From contig NC_091469.1 in the NCBI RefSeq assembly GCF_036971445.1, positions 10,354,001 through 10,418,000 on the forward strand: 64,000 nt of DNA. The letters run 5' to 3'. Shown one piece after another: positions 37,031 to 50,734 of the stretch. Each line of letters begins with the position of its first letter. Within the stretch, counting starts at the first letter, position 1. The notes under the pieces were generated by a model. That model searched no databases, was not told the origin of the DNA, and saw only the letters and a list, made by a program, of their open reading frames with translations. The DNA is from Narcine bancroftii (Eukaryota). A program made the position numbers and the translations under genes.

Positions 37031-40000
37031 TGAACTCAACAGAGCAGCTCTGTCTCTGCTCTCCTTTCTCTAGGGTTTGCACACCATCCCAGATAGACTA
37101 CCGTTTTCCATCTTTTAAGCTCTCCTGTTTTCCACACTGTCGCTAACCTTCCTATTTTTACAGCTTTGCTCATTTTATTCGCTTCTCTACATATTTCAAT
37201 CAGCATATTTCACAAGGAAACTCAACAATGTGAAAATCTAATCCTAACTCTCAAAATGCAGACTTGATGATTGCCAGTAGTTTTTAGGGTTGTCACTGCA
37301 GTATTAGCCAAGGGGACATCCTGACTGAGGAGAAGGAAACTGTGGTGATTAAAACATCCCTATGTGACTGATTGATGAATCAAGTCGATCTTTGTGTTGA
37401 AAGGACAGGATAGGTAGGAAATGCCAAAAGCCGAATGCTGCAGATTCTACAACTGCTCAGCAGGCTGGATAGCATCTGAGAAGAGAGCTGAAGGGCCTGC
37501 TTCCATTTTGTCTCACTCAATGAGAAGCAGCCAATGTTTCAGACTCGATGCACTTCAACAGTGCTGACGTGGCAGGATATTGTGTTGGTTGAGAACAACA
37601 ATATGACATGCTGCTCTGATCAGCTGGTTCTGATAAAAGGCGTTGTATTTTGGAGATTGCAGTGTTCTATGAAGGGCTATGGTCTGGGTGCGCATCAATG
37701 GGACTAGACAGAATAACAATTCAGCGCAGACCTGATGGGCCAAATGGCCTGCTCTGTGCAAAAGTGTTCTATGGTTCTCAGAGCAGTGTGCAGTTAAGCA
37801 GTAAAAGGAATCATCAAGACTAAGGTAATGCTGTTGTTTGTCTCCAGGAATCTGAAATAATGAGAAAAGACATCACATTTCACTTATGACAAAATCTTAG
37901 TCCGATGCACAGATTTGGGCGCATCACCTCAGAAATGATGATTCACAGTGGGGAGCAATAGCACAATGGCTTACAAGCATTAATTTAACCTTTACTAAGC
38001 TTCCAATAGCCTGACTTTGGAGTGTTAAAGTAACATGTAACCATTCTTTATACTGGGAGCAAAAGAGTAAGTTAAGCAAGTGTTTCCACTGGTGGACAGA
38101 AATTTGCAATCTTTTGAAATTAGAGCCAGACGATTGAGTACTGAAAACAAGAAGCATCTTTCCCATGCAAGGATTTGGTCATTCTCCAAAAGGGCTTTCT
38201 CGTATAAATCTGATGGGGCTCACATTTTGTTGGGTCAGGGTATCAAGGGACGTGAAGGAAAAGGAGGCCAAACAGGTGAAGTGAGAGCAGTCACAAATTA
38301 ATTGAATGGGAAAATGAGCTTGAAAAATCTGAATATTCTTAGTGCAGCACAAAATGTGCTGTAAGACAAGCTTAGGTGATATCGACCCCAGTTTCCAGCT
38401 CATATGTATGTACTACATGGAAGGATGATTGAGAAGTATTTCTCTTCCAGTGATCCTCTGGGATGCACATTAATGGATTCCGACACCGTTTCTCTGACTA
38501 TAAATTGACTCTGTTATTTTATTAGAGTTTCACAAATGAATTGTCAGAAGTAATGTTTGGATTTTCTAGTCCTAAGAAAACAGTGTGCGTGTTGAAATGT
38601 TCAAGCTCCACCTGCAATGATTTTTCATCCACCCATTGCCAATTGCACATTGTCCCTGGAGACGATCTGCATCAGAGACAACCTTCTAATATTGAACTCA
38701 GTTTCTGAACCTTCCATAATTAGCTGTTGCTGTGCACTAAGTTTTATTGAGGTAGCATTTGTTGATTGAGAGGGGAAAAAAATTAAGTGCTTACAGTGAA
38801 AAATCTCTTCGATAAATGTCCTTAAGAAGATGCAAATATAGGGCATGCAATTTATTTCAGCCACCTTACCATTAATGAAATCACTTATCAGAGCTGGCAT
38901 TTATCAGTTTCAAAGACCTGTATTTTTCAGAATAATTAGACAAGTTCAAGATCAGAAGAGATGGAATCATTTAATGATTAGGATGAGCTGTGTGAAGGAA
39001 CAACCTAGTGTGGGACATCAAATTCCAGATGTTCTCAGTTTTAAGTTTACGTTTATTGTCAGGTGTACTGAGATACAGTGAAAAGCTTTTTTTGTGTGCT
39101 AACCAACAAGTCTATCTATTCATAAGTACAGCAGAATAAAACCAGTCACAGAGAGCAGAGTTACAGCGAGCGACTTCGAAAAGAGCAAGGGCAACAATTC
39201 TACCAAAATGTATGGGAACTGGATATATTAAAAAAAAGCATCAACTGTATTTCAGCATGAAGGATTTAGACAGCAGGTGACAACCAATAGATGTTTGGAA
39301 ATGTATGTTCAGCTTTAGTTTATGGACTTTAAAGTGGAATTTCATGTTTAATTTCTGTCTTTGAGTCAAATTTCTGCTTTTTGGTAGATGATAATGATAA
39401 GAAGTTTATTGTCATACACATTGTACAATGTACATGCACAGTAAAGTTTTTACTTTCTTCAGCCAGAGAATAAACTATGATGATGAACTTGTGCTTCAAA
39501 CAATGTGGTGAATGGGTGTTCACATGCTTGTGTGAGATGTGCTGTCCCTTTTTGTTACTCATGGAGCATATTAGACTTCTGACCATGAAACTTTGACTGT
39601 AATGGTAAATTTAGTTGAATTTTTAAAATATAAATGTAAGATCGACAGATAATAACACTCAGAATAGCCCAAGTAGGGGAAAAAATTGACTTGCAACTGT
39701 GCAGACAGTTCTTTGTGCGGTTAGGGCAGCTGTTCTATTGGTGAAGATGGAAAATCATTTCTGGGTGAAAATGTGTGCACATAATCTACATTTCAATGTC
39801 AGATTGAAGGATTAATGGAGGTCCCTCTTATTGGCTAAAATAACAAATTGGGGCTCATTGCACCTATTTAAGTCCTTAACCTTTCTTTGAACTGCATTCA
39901 TTCAGCTCCAAACAAAGCACAACCAGTCGGAAAATATGCTTCTTTGCTTTTTTTTGTGGATTTTGATATGCACATAGATTGTGGTGTTTCTAATATGATT

Positions 40001-40349
40001 ACAAATTAGAGATCAATAAGATTGAATGATTACAGAGAAGATTTAAAGGATGTGGCTGGAACTTCAGGAACTCAGTCACAGGGAATATTTAAACAGGTTA
40101 GATTTTAATTCACTAGAGCGTGGGAGAATGAGAGATTTCATGGAAGTATAGAAAATTGAGATAGAGTAAATCCAAGTGGATATTATACTAAAGTAAGGTG
40201 AGAAAAGAACCAGAGGGCAAGGGTTAATGGTGAGAGTCCAGTTTATTCTCATCTGATTGTATGATGCAACACAATGAAACAACATTCTCCAGTCCTCGGT
40301 GCAAAAACATGCAGACACAGCACCAGACATTACACACATACAGACAATA

Positions 40350-41240
40350 GGCAATAGGTGCTGCAGTAGGCCAATTTGCCCTTTGAGCCAGCACCGCCAT
40401 TTATTGGGTCATGGTTGATCTTTCCCTTTCAATAACCAATCCCAGCCTTATCCCCATAACCTTAACTTCCCTGCCCACAAGAGCCTTATCCAACTTCCTC
40501 TTAAATCTATCCAATGAATCTGTTCCCACTACCCTCTGCGGCAATGCATTCCACAGACCCACAACTCTCTGGTTTTAAAAAAAATCTCCTCATTTCTGTG
40601 TTAAATGGCCTTCCCTGTATTCTTAAACTATGCCCTCTAGTCCTAGTCTCTCCCATTATTGCGAACATGTGCTCTGATTTCACCCTGTCAAGCCCTTTGA
40701 TAATCCTAAATATCTCAATCATGTCTCCCCCCATCCTTCTACACTCCATCACATATAATTCGTCTTTCTAACCAATCCCTGCAAGACAATCCTGCCATCC
40801 CAGGAACTAACTTTGTAAATCTGCACTGCACTCTCTCTATAGCAAGTATGTCCTTTCTTAAACATGGGGACCAGAACTGGACACAATACTTCAGGTGAGG
40901 TCTCACCAACTGCAGGAGGGCTTCTCTACTCCTATACTGACAGCACCCTACCCCCAATACCATGCTCCTTAATTTTGAAAACTAGCCTCCTGTGTGGGAC
41001 TTTATTGACGGCTTTTTGGAAGTCCAAGTACACCACATCCAATGGCTCTCCCGAGTCCACCCTCCTTGTTAGATCCTCAAAATTCCAGGAGATTACTCAA
41101 GCAAGATTTTCCTTTAAGGAACCCATGCTGACTAGCACCGATACTATTATTCCTTCCAAAGTGTTCTGCTATTTCTCCTTTAATGATGGATTCCAATATC
41201 TTCCCCACCACCGACATCAGGCTGAACATTCTATAATCTC
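40350..41240 (-). mobile_element. CR1 3' fragment with internal deletion
   Basis: [38 protein letters not shown] and GDMIEIFRIIKGLDRV...TRGHSLRI. Confidence 0.9.
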
Positions 41241-41269
41241 TCTCCCTCTCTTCTCTCCCCCCTCCCCCC

Positions 41270-41903
41270 TTCCCCTAACCTACCTAACCCACATAATCCC
41301 CCTTATAATACTAAGTGCAGGTGTGTGTAATGTATATTTAAGATTAGAAAAGTTCTTTGGATCACACTCCAATCTCATTGGTTGCTGCCAATTCTTGTAT
41401 TGTGCACAGAAGTTAGCATTAACAAAGTTCACCAGGCTTTGGTGTTTAACAGACAAATCATTACCACTCAGAAGAGTTCATGCTGGTTTTCAGAGAGAGA
41501 TTCCTTTCCCAGGACATCCACAACTGATTTCCACTCAATCAGTCTTGCTGATGAAACTTGCCCCCTTCAGGGTTCTCCAGATGATCCTCTTTATTTCAGG
41601 TCACATTTCAGACCACCAATCTTCTCCTATGATCTGGCAGCCTTCCAAAGTTTGCCAGCTTATCCCTCTGGAACTGATTTCTGTGTCTCCTTCTCTCTCT
41701 CTCCCTCCATCTCTGAGAGCAAAGCTGTTCTGTCCCTGCCTGCAAAAATCACATGCTCTCCTAGGCAAGCTGTATGTTGATGCTTTGTTGCTCCTCTTGA
41801 AAAAGCACTCTTTAAAAACACAGAATTTTTGCAGGACTTTTGTAATGTATGTGCAAGCTACTCTAGCAATCCCTCTCAAGCCACCTCAAAATACTCTATC
41901 ACA
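41270..41903 (-). mobile_element. Partial solo LTR, same family as 58616-59824
   Basis: 41275-41380 matches the reverse complement of about 59605-59700 (gaaaagttctttgg..cacactccaatctc). Ends in ...atcaca. Confidence 0.7.
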
Positions 41904-42344
41904 GTAGGTAAGGTCAATAGTCAGTTCCCCAGGGTAGGGGTCTCTAAAATGAGAGGCCATGTATTTTAGGTAAAAGGAATTCAAGACTTCCATACAGAAG
42001 TTGGTGGGTATATGGAATGATCTTCCACAGAAAGTAAGAGACATTGGTTAAATACAATGTTTAAAATGCATTTAATTAGACACATGAGGAGGGAAGGTGG
42101 AGAAGGATATGGGCTGAATGGAGACAGATGGGATGAACTAGGGGTTTCAACACTAGGATCAGTATGGGTGGGTTAGGGTTTAGGTTACAGTGAAACTTCA
42201 TGAATCTTTGAAGTAATGAAATAAATAGGAACTTTATAAAAGAATAAATTGCCAGAAAGATGTAAATATCAATATAATGTAATGCTTCATTTCAATGTGA
42301 TACAATTACATTTCCATGAGTTTCAAAAGCATCAGGCCTAGGGT

Positions 42345-42750
42345 CAGTAATAACATCAGTGTTTTGAGTCAGCATGAAATGGGTTTACCTTCTACTCCAG
42401 AGACTTCAGATCACATAGATCAAGGCTAATGCATTGCTGAGTTACTGCTGTACCATCAGGGATATAATCATTTCGATGAGGTTTTAAATCAAAGCTGTGA
42501 CTGCCCTTTAAGACTGAAGCAAAAGCTTCCATTTGAAGAAGAGAAGGGCAGTTCTCCTGGGGTTGGTTAGCATTTATTCCTCAGCCATTGTCAAGTAGAT
42601 CTCCTTTATTACCTCACTCCAGACTGCAGACTTCTTGCTGATTGCCAATTGCATGATCCCCAACACTTCAGGTTAAAGTACTTCATTAAACGTAAAGCCC
42701 TTTGAGATGAGTTAAGGTCATGGAAGGACTTGAATAAATGCAAACTCGAT
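42345..42750 (+). mobile_element. Ancient DeuSINE (SacSINE1/AmnSINE1-like)
   Basis: ctccagagactt...gatgaggttttaaatc...tttgaagaagagaagggcagttctcc...aaagtacttcatt...gtaaagccctttgagatg...aataaatgcaa follows the Deu-domain and 3' tail of SacSINE1 as I recall it. Confidence 0.75.
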
Positions 42751-43789
42751 GAATTTTTAGTCTTATTGCTAATTTTCAAGACATGGATAGATCTTAAAAA
42801 TGCATCCTTGTAAAATGTTTTGGAAGTAATCGTTCACTGAATGACTACATGTGTAAGTTACCTCAAGTGTGACCAGACACTAATAGTTTTGTGCTGAATA
42901 CGGGCTTCAGAATTTATCTGGAAGCTGAAAATTACCTATTGCAAAAATGAACATGTCAATTATCTGACTTGGGTAACCTACAAAGCAACATTTAATGAGA
43001 CATAACAATTGCAAAGTTCCCGGGGCACTAATGATCATCCATAAATGGTACAAGTGCTGCTGAGTATTGTAGTGATGTTCATTATGAGAAAATGAGGGGG
43101 AAAATGCTCAAAACAGCAAGCTTGGAGTTGAGTCAGACAGGTATTGGCTAACTAGATGATAGCACTGCTGTTGGATTACAGTTAAGAAAGATGATTTCTC
43201 AAAACATGGAATGTCAAAGTTAGGGGTCAGAATATCAGCTGGAAGTGTTCTGAATGAACCCCATATTCATAAAACTGTGCTCCATAACAACTGATCTCTC
43301 GTTTGCTCGCTCCTCGTTCACTCGCTCCCCACCCCCCAACTTTGCTCTTTAGTTCTGTGTCTCACTTTTACTTTTATGGGATGTTGATTGGTCAGCTTGT
43401 AAAATAACCTCTGTCACTGCATCTTGGCACATTTGACAATAAACGCCAATCTCATGTGGGATTTCGTGGATCCTTGAGGGAGTCGATGGGAGGGCTTGAT
43501 ATATTCCAAAGATCTCACCTTCATGAAATGGAGGGCCTATTTATAGAACTGACTGTGGCCCAGTTTCTTCAATCAAGTCGATCAGGTTTGAAGGAAAAGT
43601 TGAGGGAAATCGGGCATTCTATTTTGTTCTCCAGAACACTGTTGGTCAGGTTGACTTCCAAAATCTGATCTACTGCCCAGCAAGCTGTTTATTCTTCAGC
43701 ATTTACACTGTGCCTGGTTCAGTGATACAATTCCTTTTTATGCAGTATGTAGTGTTCCAATGAGTGACAAAATAAATATATTAAGTATA

Positions 43790-44365
43790 CATTTTTAAAA
43801 ATATTTTGTATTTTTAACCAAGCATGGAGTCGATTACAGAATGAAAAATACAGGTACATAAGTATATCCAATATTTACTTCACAACCCTATCCCCCAACA
43901 CACTCCTCCAAAAAAAATCCCAAAGAAAGAAAAATGAATTAATATATAGAAAAGTAAGAAAAAGACAAGATAACAAAGAAAAGAAAAAAAAATGGGTTGG
44001 ATCACTGAAAAGTGACGCATACTCCATGGATCACAAATTCCTATTTTATCCATTTTCTTTGGAGAAAATCAACACTGTTCCCATGGTTTAGGAAGAATAC
44101 ATCTAAAGATTTATGCCTGAATTTTGTAACTATAGTTGCCAAATTTGTTAAAAAGTCATATTTACTTGTAAGTAATCTTCTCCAGGGGAATGCAACTATG
44201 TATCTCTGCGTTCCAACATGCCACACCTAGATGTGAATCAGACTTGCATGCAACAGCTGTGCATTTTCTGGCCACTGCCAGGGCAATTTTAACAAATTCT
44301 ATTTCATATTTGGACAGTTTCAATTTGGGTCTTATCCCTGTAATATTCCCTAGTATCGGTATACT
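43790..44365 (-). mobile_element. L1-like 3' fragment
   Basis: The minus strand encodes FVKIALAVARKCTAVA. Homologous to 5965-7215 and lacks the MITE. Confidence 0.7.
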
Positions 44366-45569
44366 TGTTTAAAGCTCTTCAGTTCATTAATCTTACTGCA
44401 AAAATTCAGTTTCATTTCTTTTTAACCTTTCTTGGATATTCTGTTGCATCTAACCTTAATCTGTATATCCCTGAGCAAGAAATGATCATCCCTCTCAGCT
44501 GAAATAAAGTTAAACAAGGAAATGCCGGAGTGATGTGCAATGCACAAATGTGCAGGAGGGACTACTGGAGAAAGTGGAGCCCAGGCTTGAAATGCTAGTT
44601 GTCCTTTACTTCCTATGGATGCTGCATGACCTGCCACATTTCTCCTTTGTGTATCTCCCTCGGAGTTGAAATGAAGTTGCTGCTCTTTCTGCATTAAAGT
44701 TGGTGACCTGCTGTTCACTACTTCTGCTGCCACAACCTGTTCCATCTGTAGCAAAGTCTGCTGGTCACCCATTGGCCCTATCAGTCAATTCAGAACCCAC
44801 CAAGCCAGTGAAGCAAGTCATTGTCGAGGCCCAGGCACAGTTTCAGCAGAAGTCGCGTTTGTTTCTGCTGTGTTGATGAGGCTGTGTTTTTGATGCTGCT
44901 TTCACTATGCAGTGTATTTTCACCTCTATTTCTCTGCTCATGGAGTCCCCCTGTGGTAACAATCCAGATGGTGTATCATTTCCTGATTTGTATTTCAGGG
45001 CAAAGTCAGAACTCTGAAAATTCATGAATAAATTTTGCTGACACAAGGGACTGCCGATGCTGGAATCTGAAGCAAAAAAAAAAGCAAACTGATGGAGGAA
45101 CTCAGCAGGTCGAGCAGCATCTGTGGCGGGGGGATGGAGGTTTGGCAAGAATTAATTGTGAGACAAGACCCTGCATTGTGGCTGAGATTGACCATTACAG
45201 AGAGGAGAGGAGAACTCCTGTATTGGAAGAGTCCATGTTCACACAATTGGCACAGACTCACTCATGCAGAACATGAGTTATCATTCCTTTCATGACCTTT
45301 GGGCCACATGCTAAGAGTTGAGAAGGCCAACATCAGGGTAGAAATGGGAAGGGAAGTTGAATGGATTGCACATTCTCACAATGCATGTAAATTTCACTTC
45401 CTGTGAGGTAATTGCATGGATGGAAGAGAGTAGGAAGAGAATGGGCTTAATGTGGACAAAGTGGGAATAAAACAGGAGCACACATTGTTTAGCACAGGTA
45501 AGCTGGGCCTGTTCCCATGCTGTTAGACTCCATGAAATAGTCATTGACTGCAGGAGAGGGGGCAGAGTC

Positions 45570-46590
45570 CACACCTTTGATTATATTAATGGTGCTGAAG
45601 TGGAAAGAGTGGATGGTTTTGTTCATACTAAATATCTCCAGTGATTGGATCTGGGACAAGCTCGTTGATTAGAGAATTAAGAAAGTGCACCAATGCCTCT
45701 GCTGTCTCCTAAGAGTAAGGAATCTCATCGCATCTCCCTCGTCCCTCAACAACTTCCACAGGTGCTCCATTGAAAGCAGACTTGCTCGATGCATCACAGC
45801 ATTAGACGGAAGAAGCTACAGAATGTAGTGATTGCAACTGAGAGCATCACGCAAACTTTGCTCCCCTCCATGGCTCTAGCCATAAATCCCACTGCCTAGG
45901 GAAGGCAACCAACATACTGAAGGACCCATCACACCCAGACATATTCTTCTCCATCATCCAATCAGGAAAAAGCCTTAAGATTGGGGAAGTGCCCACAAGA
46001 GGCCTAAAAACAGATTTTAGGCTCCTGAATGAACCCCATACAGTGCTATCATGCCACGGGATATAGACAGGATGTAGAGTTGGGTGTAGAAGTAGCAGAT
46101 GGAGTTCAATCCAGATAAGTGTGAAATGATGCACTTTGGAAAGTCGAACTTGAAGCCAGAGTATGTGGCCAAAGGTGATATCTTTAACAGTGGTGAAGGA
46201 GAGAGGGATCTTGAAGTCCAAGTCCATAGATCCCACAAGATCACCACACAAGTTAATAGATAGTTAAGAAGGCATAGAATGTGTTGGCCTTCATTCTTAC
46301 AGGATTGAGTTCAAGAGCCATGAGGTAATGATGCAGTTCTATAAAATTCTGAGACCACTTTTTTTATTCAGAGAGTAGAGGATGCCTTAAATGCATTGCT
46401 GGCATGGTGGTGGAGGCTGCTACAATGGGGACATCTAAAAGGTTTTCAGATAGGCATATGAATGTAACAAAAATAGGTTATCTGGGAAGGGAAGGATCGG
46501 TTTGTTGTGAAATACATTTATGTACGTCTGCACAACGTTGTGGGTAGAATGGCCTGTATGTACTGTAAAATTGTATGCTCTATGCTATTA
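45570..46590 (+). mobile_element. Adjacent Rex1-like (about 45570-46040) and CR1 (about 46060-46590) 3' fragments
   Basis: aaggacccatcacacccag...ccatcatccaatcagg is Rex1-like. cagatggagttcaatccagataagtgtgaaatgatgcactttgg encodes QMEFNPDKCEMMHFG (CR1). Confidence 0.75.
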
Positions 46591-47570
46591 AAATACAGTG
46601 CTAGAAATACACAGCTGCTGACGCGACATCTAGGAAGAAAGGAAGAGGATTAACTCTAATTAGACAAGGTTTTCTTGATGAATAGAAGTTTCCTGATAGA
46701 TTAGTTCATTTCCAGATGAATTGATTTCCTTCACTCACCTTAAATAAATGACCTCCTTGTATTAGCCATTGCCACCCTGAGAAAAAAGGTGCTGACTCTC
46801 CACCCTATCTGCGCCTCATAATTTTATACACCTCCATTGAGTCACCTCTCATCATTTGTCCCTCTAATAAAGTGACTCTGGTCATCTTGCCCTTGCCTGG
46901 TAAATTTTGCCGAATACAGATAGTTAAAACAACTTTCAGTAAAGGAGGGATATTTTGTCCAGCAGGAGAATGTGCTGTTCTAACAAGGAAGCTTTTGAGA
47001 TCTTAATAAATCAACGAATGCTCCTTCTCAAGCAGTGCAAAAGGCAGCCCTGGGAAGGGAAACTCCAGCCGGCTTGTGGGAAGCATGTCATCTACCTCCT
47101 GGGCGGTAAGACGGACTAATAACCTCCATTATTTGAAATAGCTGCTCTGTGCAAAATCGCTGCTGTAAGCCTTAGGGAGATAAGCCACTTTAAAAACTAG
47201 TCTTCTGTATCACTGTAGGTCACACTTTCATTATTCATACACGAGAAATTAAACCTGCTTTGGAAAGCAATGGGAATGTGACCTACAGTATATGACACCT
47301 GGGAAGAACATACACAACCATTAACATTTCAATAGTTTTGTTCAGCAACTGGCTTCAAAAGTAGCTAATGTGTTCAATACCAACATTTGTGCTGGATTTT
47401 AAAATATATTCAAGCTAGATCCATTCCCTTCGGTCAGATATGCTATTAATAAATAAACTCCTTGTGCACTGGATTTTTATCCACCAGAGTAATCTTCATG
47501 AAATATCATCGTGAATGTCTGTTTTCTTTTAACCACATTATTTATAGATTCCAGGGGCTTGCAGCTCTGT

Positions 47571-47905
47571 AAGTGTGTGTATATGCCTCTGTCTGTGACT
47601 GTCCATGTGAGTGTGCATGCATGTATTTGTGTGCTCGTGTGTCTATATGGCCGCATGTATGTGTGTGTGCATGGATGTGTGCATATGTGTGTCTGAGGAT
47701 CTGTCTGTGACTGCCCATGTGAGTTTGCAGGTGCTAGAGAGTGTTCACATGTGTCCATGCATGTTTGTGTGTGTTTGCATATATGCATCTGTCTGTGAGT
47801 GTCCATGTATGTTTGTGTGTGTGTGTGCATATGTATGGGTGTGCATGTGTGTCTATATACATGAGTGTGTGTATGCACATGCGTGTGTGTGTTTGTGTGT
47901 GTGTT
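47571..47905. repeat. Degenerate (TG)n-rich low-complexity tract
   Basis: Directly visible purine-pyrimidine alternation. Confidence 0.9.
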
Positions 47906-48707
47906 GAAAGACCTTTGCTTTCTATCAAGGTCATTGTGAGCATGACCACCCTTGGGATTTATGTTTCTGTTCTTGTCCCAAGGATGAGAGGTAAACTTAA
48001 TTCAAGAGTGTTTCAAGAATGAGTAAGCATTTTTATTATGCTGGAGTAATATGCCATGTATCTTTGTAAATATGACAAAAATACCCAGAAAAACCCTTGA
48101 AGAGAAAAATAAGACAAACTGAATGCCACCTTATCAATCCTCAGAAACAAGGTAAAGGCTAGTTTTGACAATGCAATCAAGGAGAAATTACTCACCAATA
48201 AAAACTACTCACCAATCACACAGATTTCATTCTTTCCCATTCTTATTGTGACTTTGGTCCAAACACAGACAGAGGAGCAAAACTCCCCAAGGGGAGACAA
48301 GAGTATCATTGAGTTGACAGAGAGTGACTTCTAAAGGTCCTGGTCAAACCAAAGGCAATGTGACCAAACAAGGAGCTGCTAGAGGAACACAACAGCTCAG
48401 GCAGCACCCATGGAGATGGGTCGGGGCTGTTGTCAAGACTGAATCTAACCTGATTCACACTTCCTTCAGCTTCTTATTATTTGCTCAAAGGATGGAAACA
48501 AGAAAATTTTCAGAGCTGAGATCTAAAACTCCTGTTGAAGGACTCAAGCCCAAAATGTCAACTGCCTTTTGCTTTCTAAGGATGCTCAGTGAACAATTGA
48601 GTTTCTGTACCACATCTGTGGACCTCTCACAAAGGAAGATCTTTTTTAATTGCTGGAGGTCAAGCATCTCGGATTCATGTCCCAGCTACAAAGGGTTCTC
48701 CAAACAT

Positions 48708-49355
48708 CTCAAGGTTCCTTTTATTGTCATGAAATAATACATTAAAAATGTAAGATACGTGATACATAAGGCAAACAAAGAGTCACCATGAGTATTTCCC
48801 AGCATCCTTAACAAAAGGAGAAAGAGAGTCCCTTCAGAGAAACTGTCTCTGGATTTACATTCAGTGTTCCTGCAATCTGTGCAGCCTCACAGACCCCTGT
48901 ACAAACCATCAGCAACCCAAGCTCCAGATCCAAAGTTCCAATACGATCAGGAAGCCTTCAGGAGCCCTCAACACCCTCTTGAATCCGTGTTCCTAAACCT
49001 GGTTCCCATGAGCCTTTCTCCAGAAGCCCACAGCCTATGTGAGTCTTTTGGCAACAAATTGCCACCTGCATGCATTCTGTGAGTAAATTAGCCACTGAGT
49101 GCTTCGCTGGTCACCTTCCCTATAGGGTAATCTCCTATGCTTCTCCTTATCAATGGGGGTGGGGGAGGGGTGTTCTCCCCTTTTTTGGTGTCCTGTGCAA
49201 GTCTCTTTCTCTCCAGTCTGCAACCACTCGTACGCTGCCCAGCACAGGCACACCATCTTAAGAATAGACCTCCGTGGATGCAGGATTTCTTTTTTTTTTA
49301 AATCAGCTCATTTAAAAGGCCGTTTAAAGCCTATACAGAGCAGTCAGCATTTGGA
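48708..49355 (-). mobile_element. Non-autonomous retroposon with a LINE-like (Rex1-type) tail
   Basis: Minus-strand 3' end gacaataaaaggaaccttg. Related copies at 50735-51016 (+) and 36600-37030 (-). Possible TSD ccaaacat / ccagacat. Confidence 0.6.
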
Positions 49356-50734
49356 CCAGACATGAATGATATTCCCTCCATAAACTGGTCATTGTTTTGA
49401 AAGGTTCACCAATGATTGTCCAATATCCCACTCTATTTGCAAGTTGTCAGAAAGAGAAGCTTGTATACAACAGGACATGTTCAATATTCACCATCTGAAC
49501 CATTCATTGTGCTAGCAATGGTCAGAACATTGCAACACAGTACTGACCCTTCAATCCACAATGTTATCAACCTATGTAACATACTCCACAACAATCTAAT
49601 TTTTCCCCTCCTCATACCCATAATCCTCTATTGTTCTGATATCCATGTGTCTAATTAAGTATTTTGAATATCTCCATTGTACTTCCCACCACCACCCTCA
49701 GCAAAGCCTCTCTCCTAAATATTTCTCCACTCATTTTAAATAGATATTCTCTTGTATCTACATTTGACATCCCAGGAACAAGGTGCTGGGAGTCCCTCAT
49801 ATTCTTGTATAACCCTATTAAGTCTCCACTCATCCTTCATCGCTCCAAAGAGAAAGGTTTCTGTCATACCTACTCCATAAGACGTGTTCTGCAATCCAAA
49901 CAACATCCTGGTAAATTTCCTCTGCACTCTCTCCAAAGAATCTGAATCCTTCCTGTTATTGATTGCACTATTCCAAGTGAACCATTTACAAGATGCATCA
50001 CAACAGAAGTTTAACTTCAAATAGTTATGGGAAAACCACTCCTTTCAATTTCCCCTCCAAATCATGCACCAGCCTTGGAGATATTTTTCACCTTCCTTGG
50101 CCAAAACCCCTTGCTAAATAGCATTGTAAGAACACATTCTACATTAATCTTTCAACCAGATGGTTCCCACAATGTATTATTTTGCAGTGATCTTAATATC
50201 CCACCTGTTTTAGAGCCCACATATTCCCAAATATTGTTCCAATTCAATTAAAACCTTTTCACAAGATATAGGAGCTGAAGTAGGCCAATCAGCCCATTGA
50301 GTCTGCTCTCCCATTCTATCATGATCTGATCCATCCTCTCACTCAGCCCCACTCCAGACCTTCTCCCTATAACCTTTGATGCCAAATTGGGATCTCAGAT
50401 CCCATTAGTTCATTGTTACCCTTCTCTGGGATGACCACAGGTGGTGTGAAGTTCTAGTTTGGAGTGTTGAGCTTGGAACATCTCTAATGATTGAATTGGG
50501 ACTGCCTTAATCTGACAATTCCTTCCTTAGCGAATTAAAGTTGTCTAAATTCACAGGAAAAGTAAAAACATTAAATTAGAGTGACAAATATTTTGATCCT
50601 CCTAGACCTTCCAGAAGGATCCTTTATCTATTGGCAATTGATCTCCAAATTCATGACTGAGATGAAAGAAATAATCAGAGAACCATCTATTCCCTGAAAC
50701 ACTTCTGGAATCTTCACTCTCGCTTTGTTTGCTG

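Noticed and set aside
40864-41907. 347-aa ORF
   Set aside because: It runs antisense across a CR1 fragment and an LTR, with no domain signature; a chance open frame.
47477-48022. His/Thr- and Cys/Val-rich ORFs (also 54198-54794)
   Set aside because: They are translations of degenerate (TG)/(CA) tracts.
48185-48280. Two minus-strand GTGAGT donor-like motifs after a short MGKNEICVI frame
   Set aside because: Better explained by a small local duplication (tactcaccaat twice); no other exon support.
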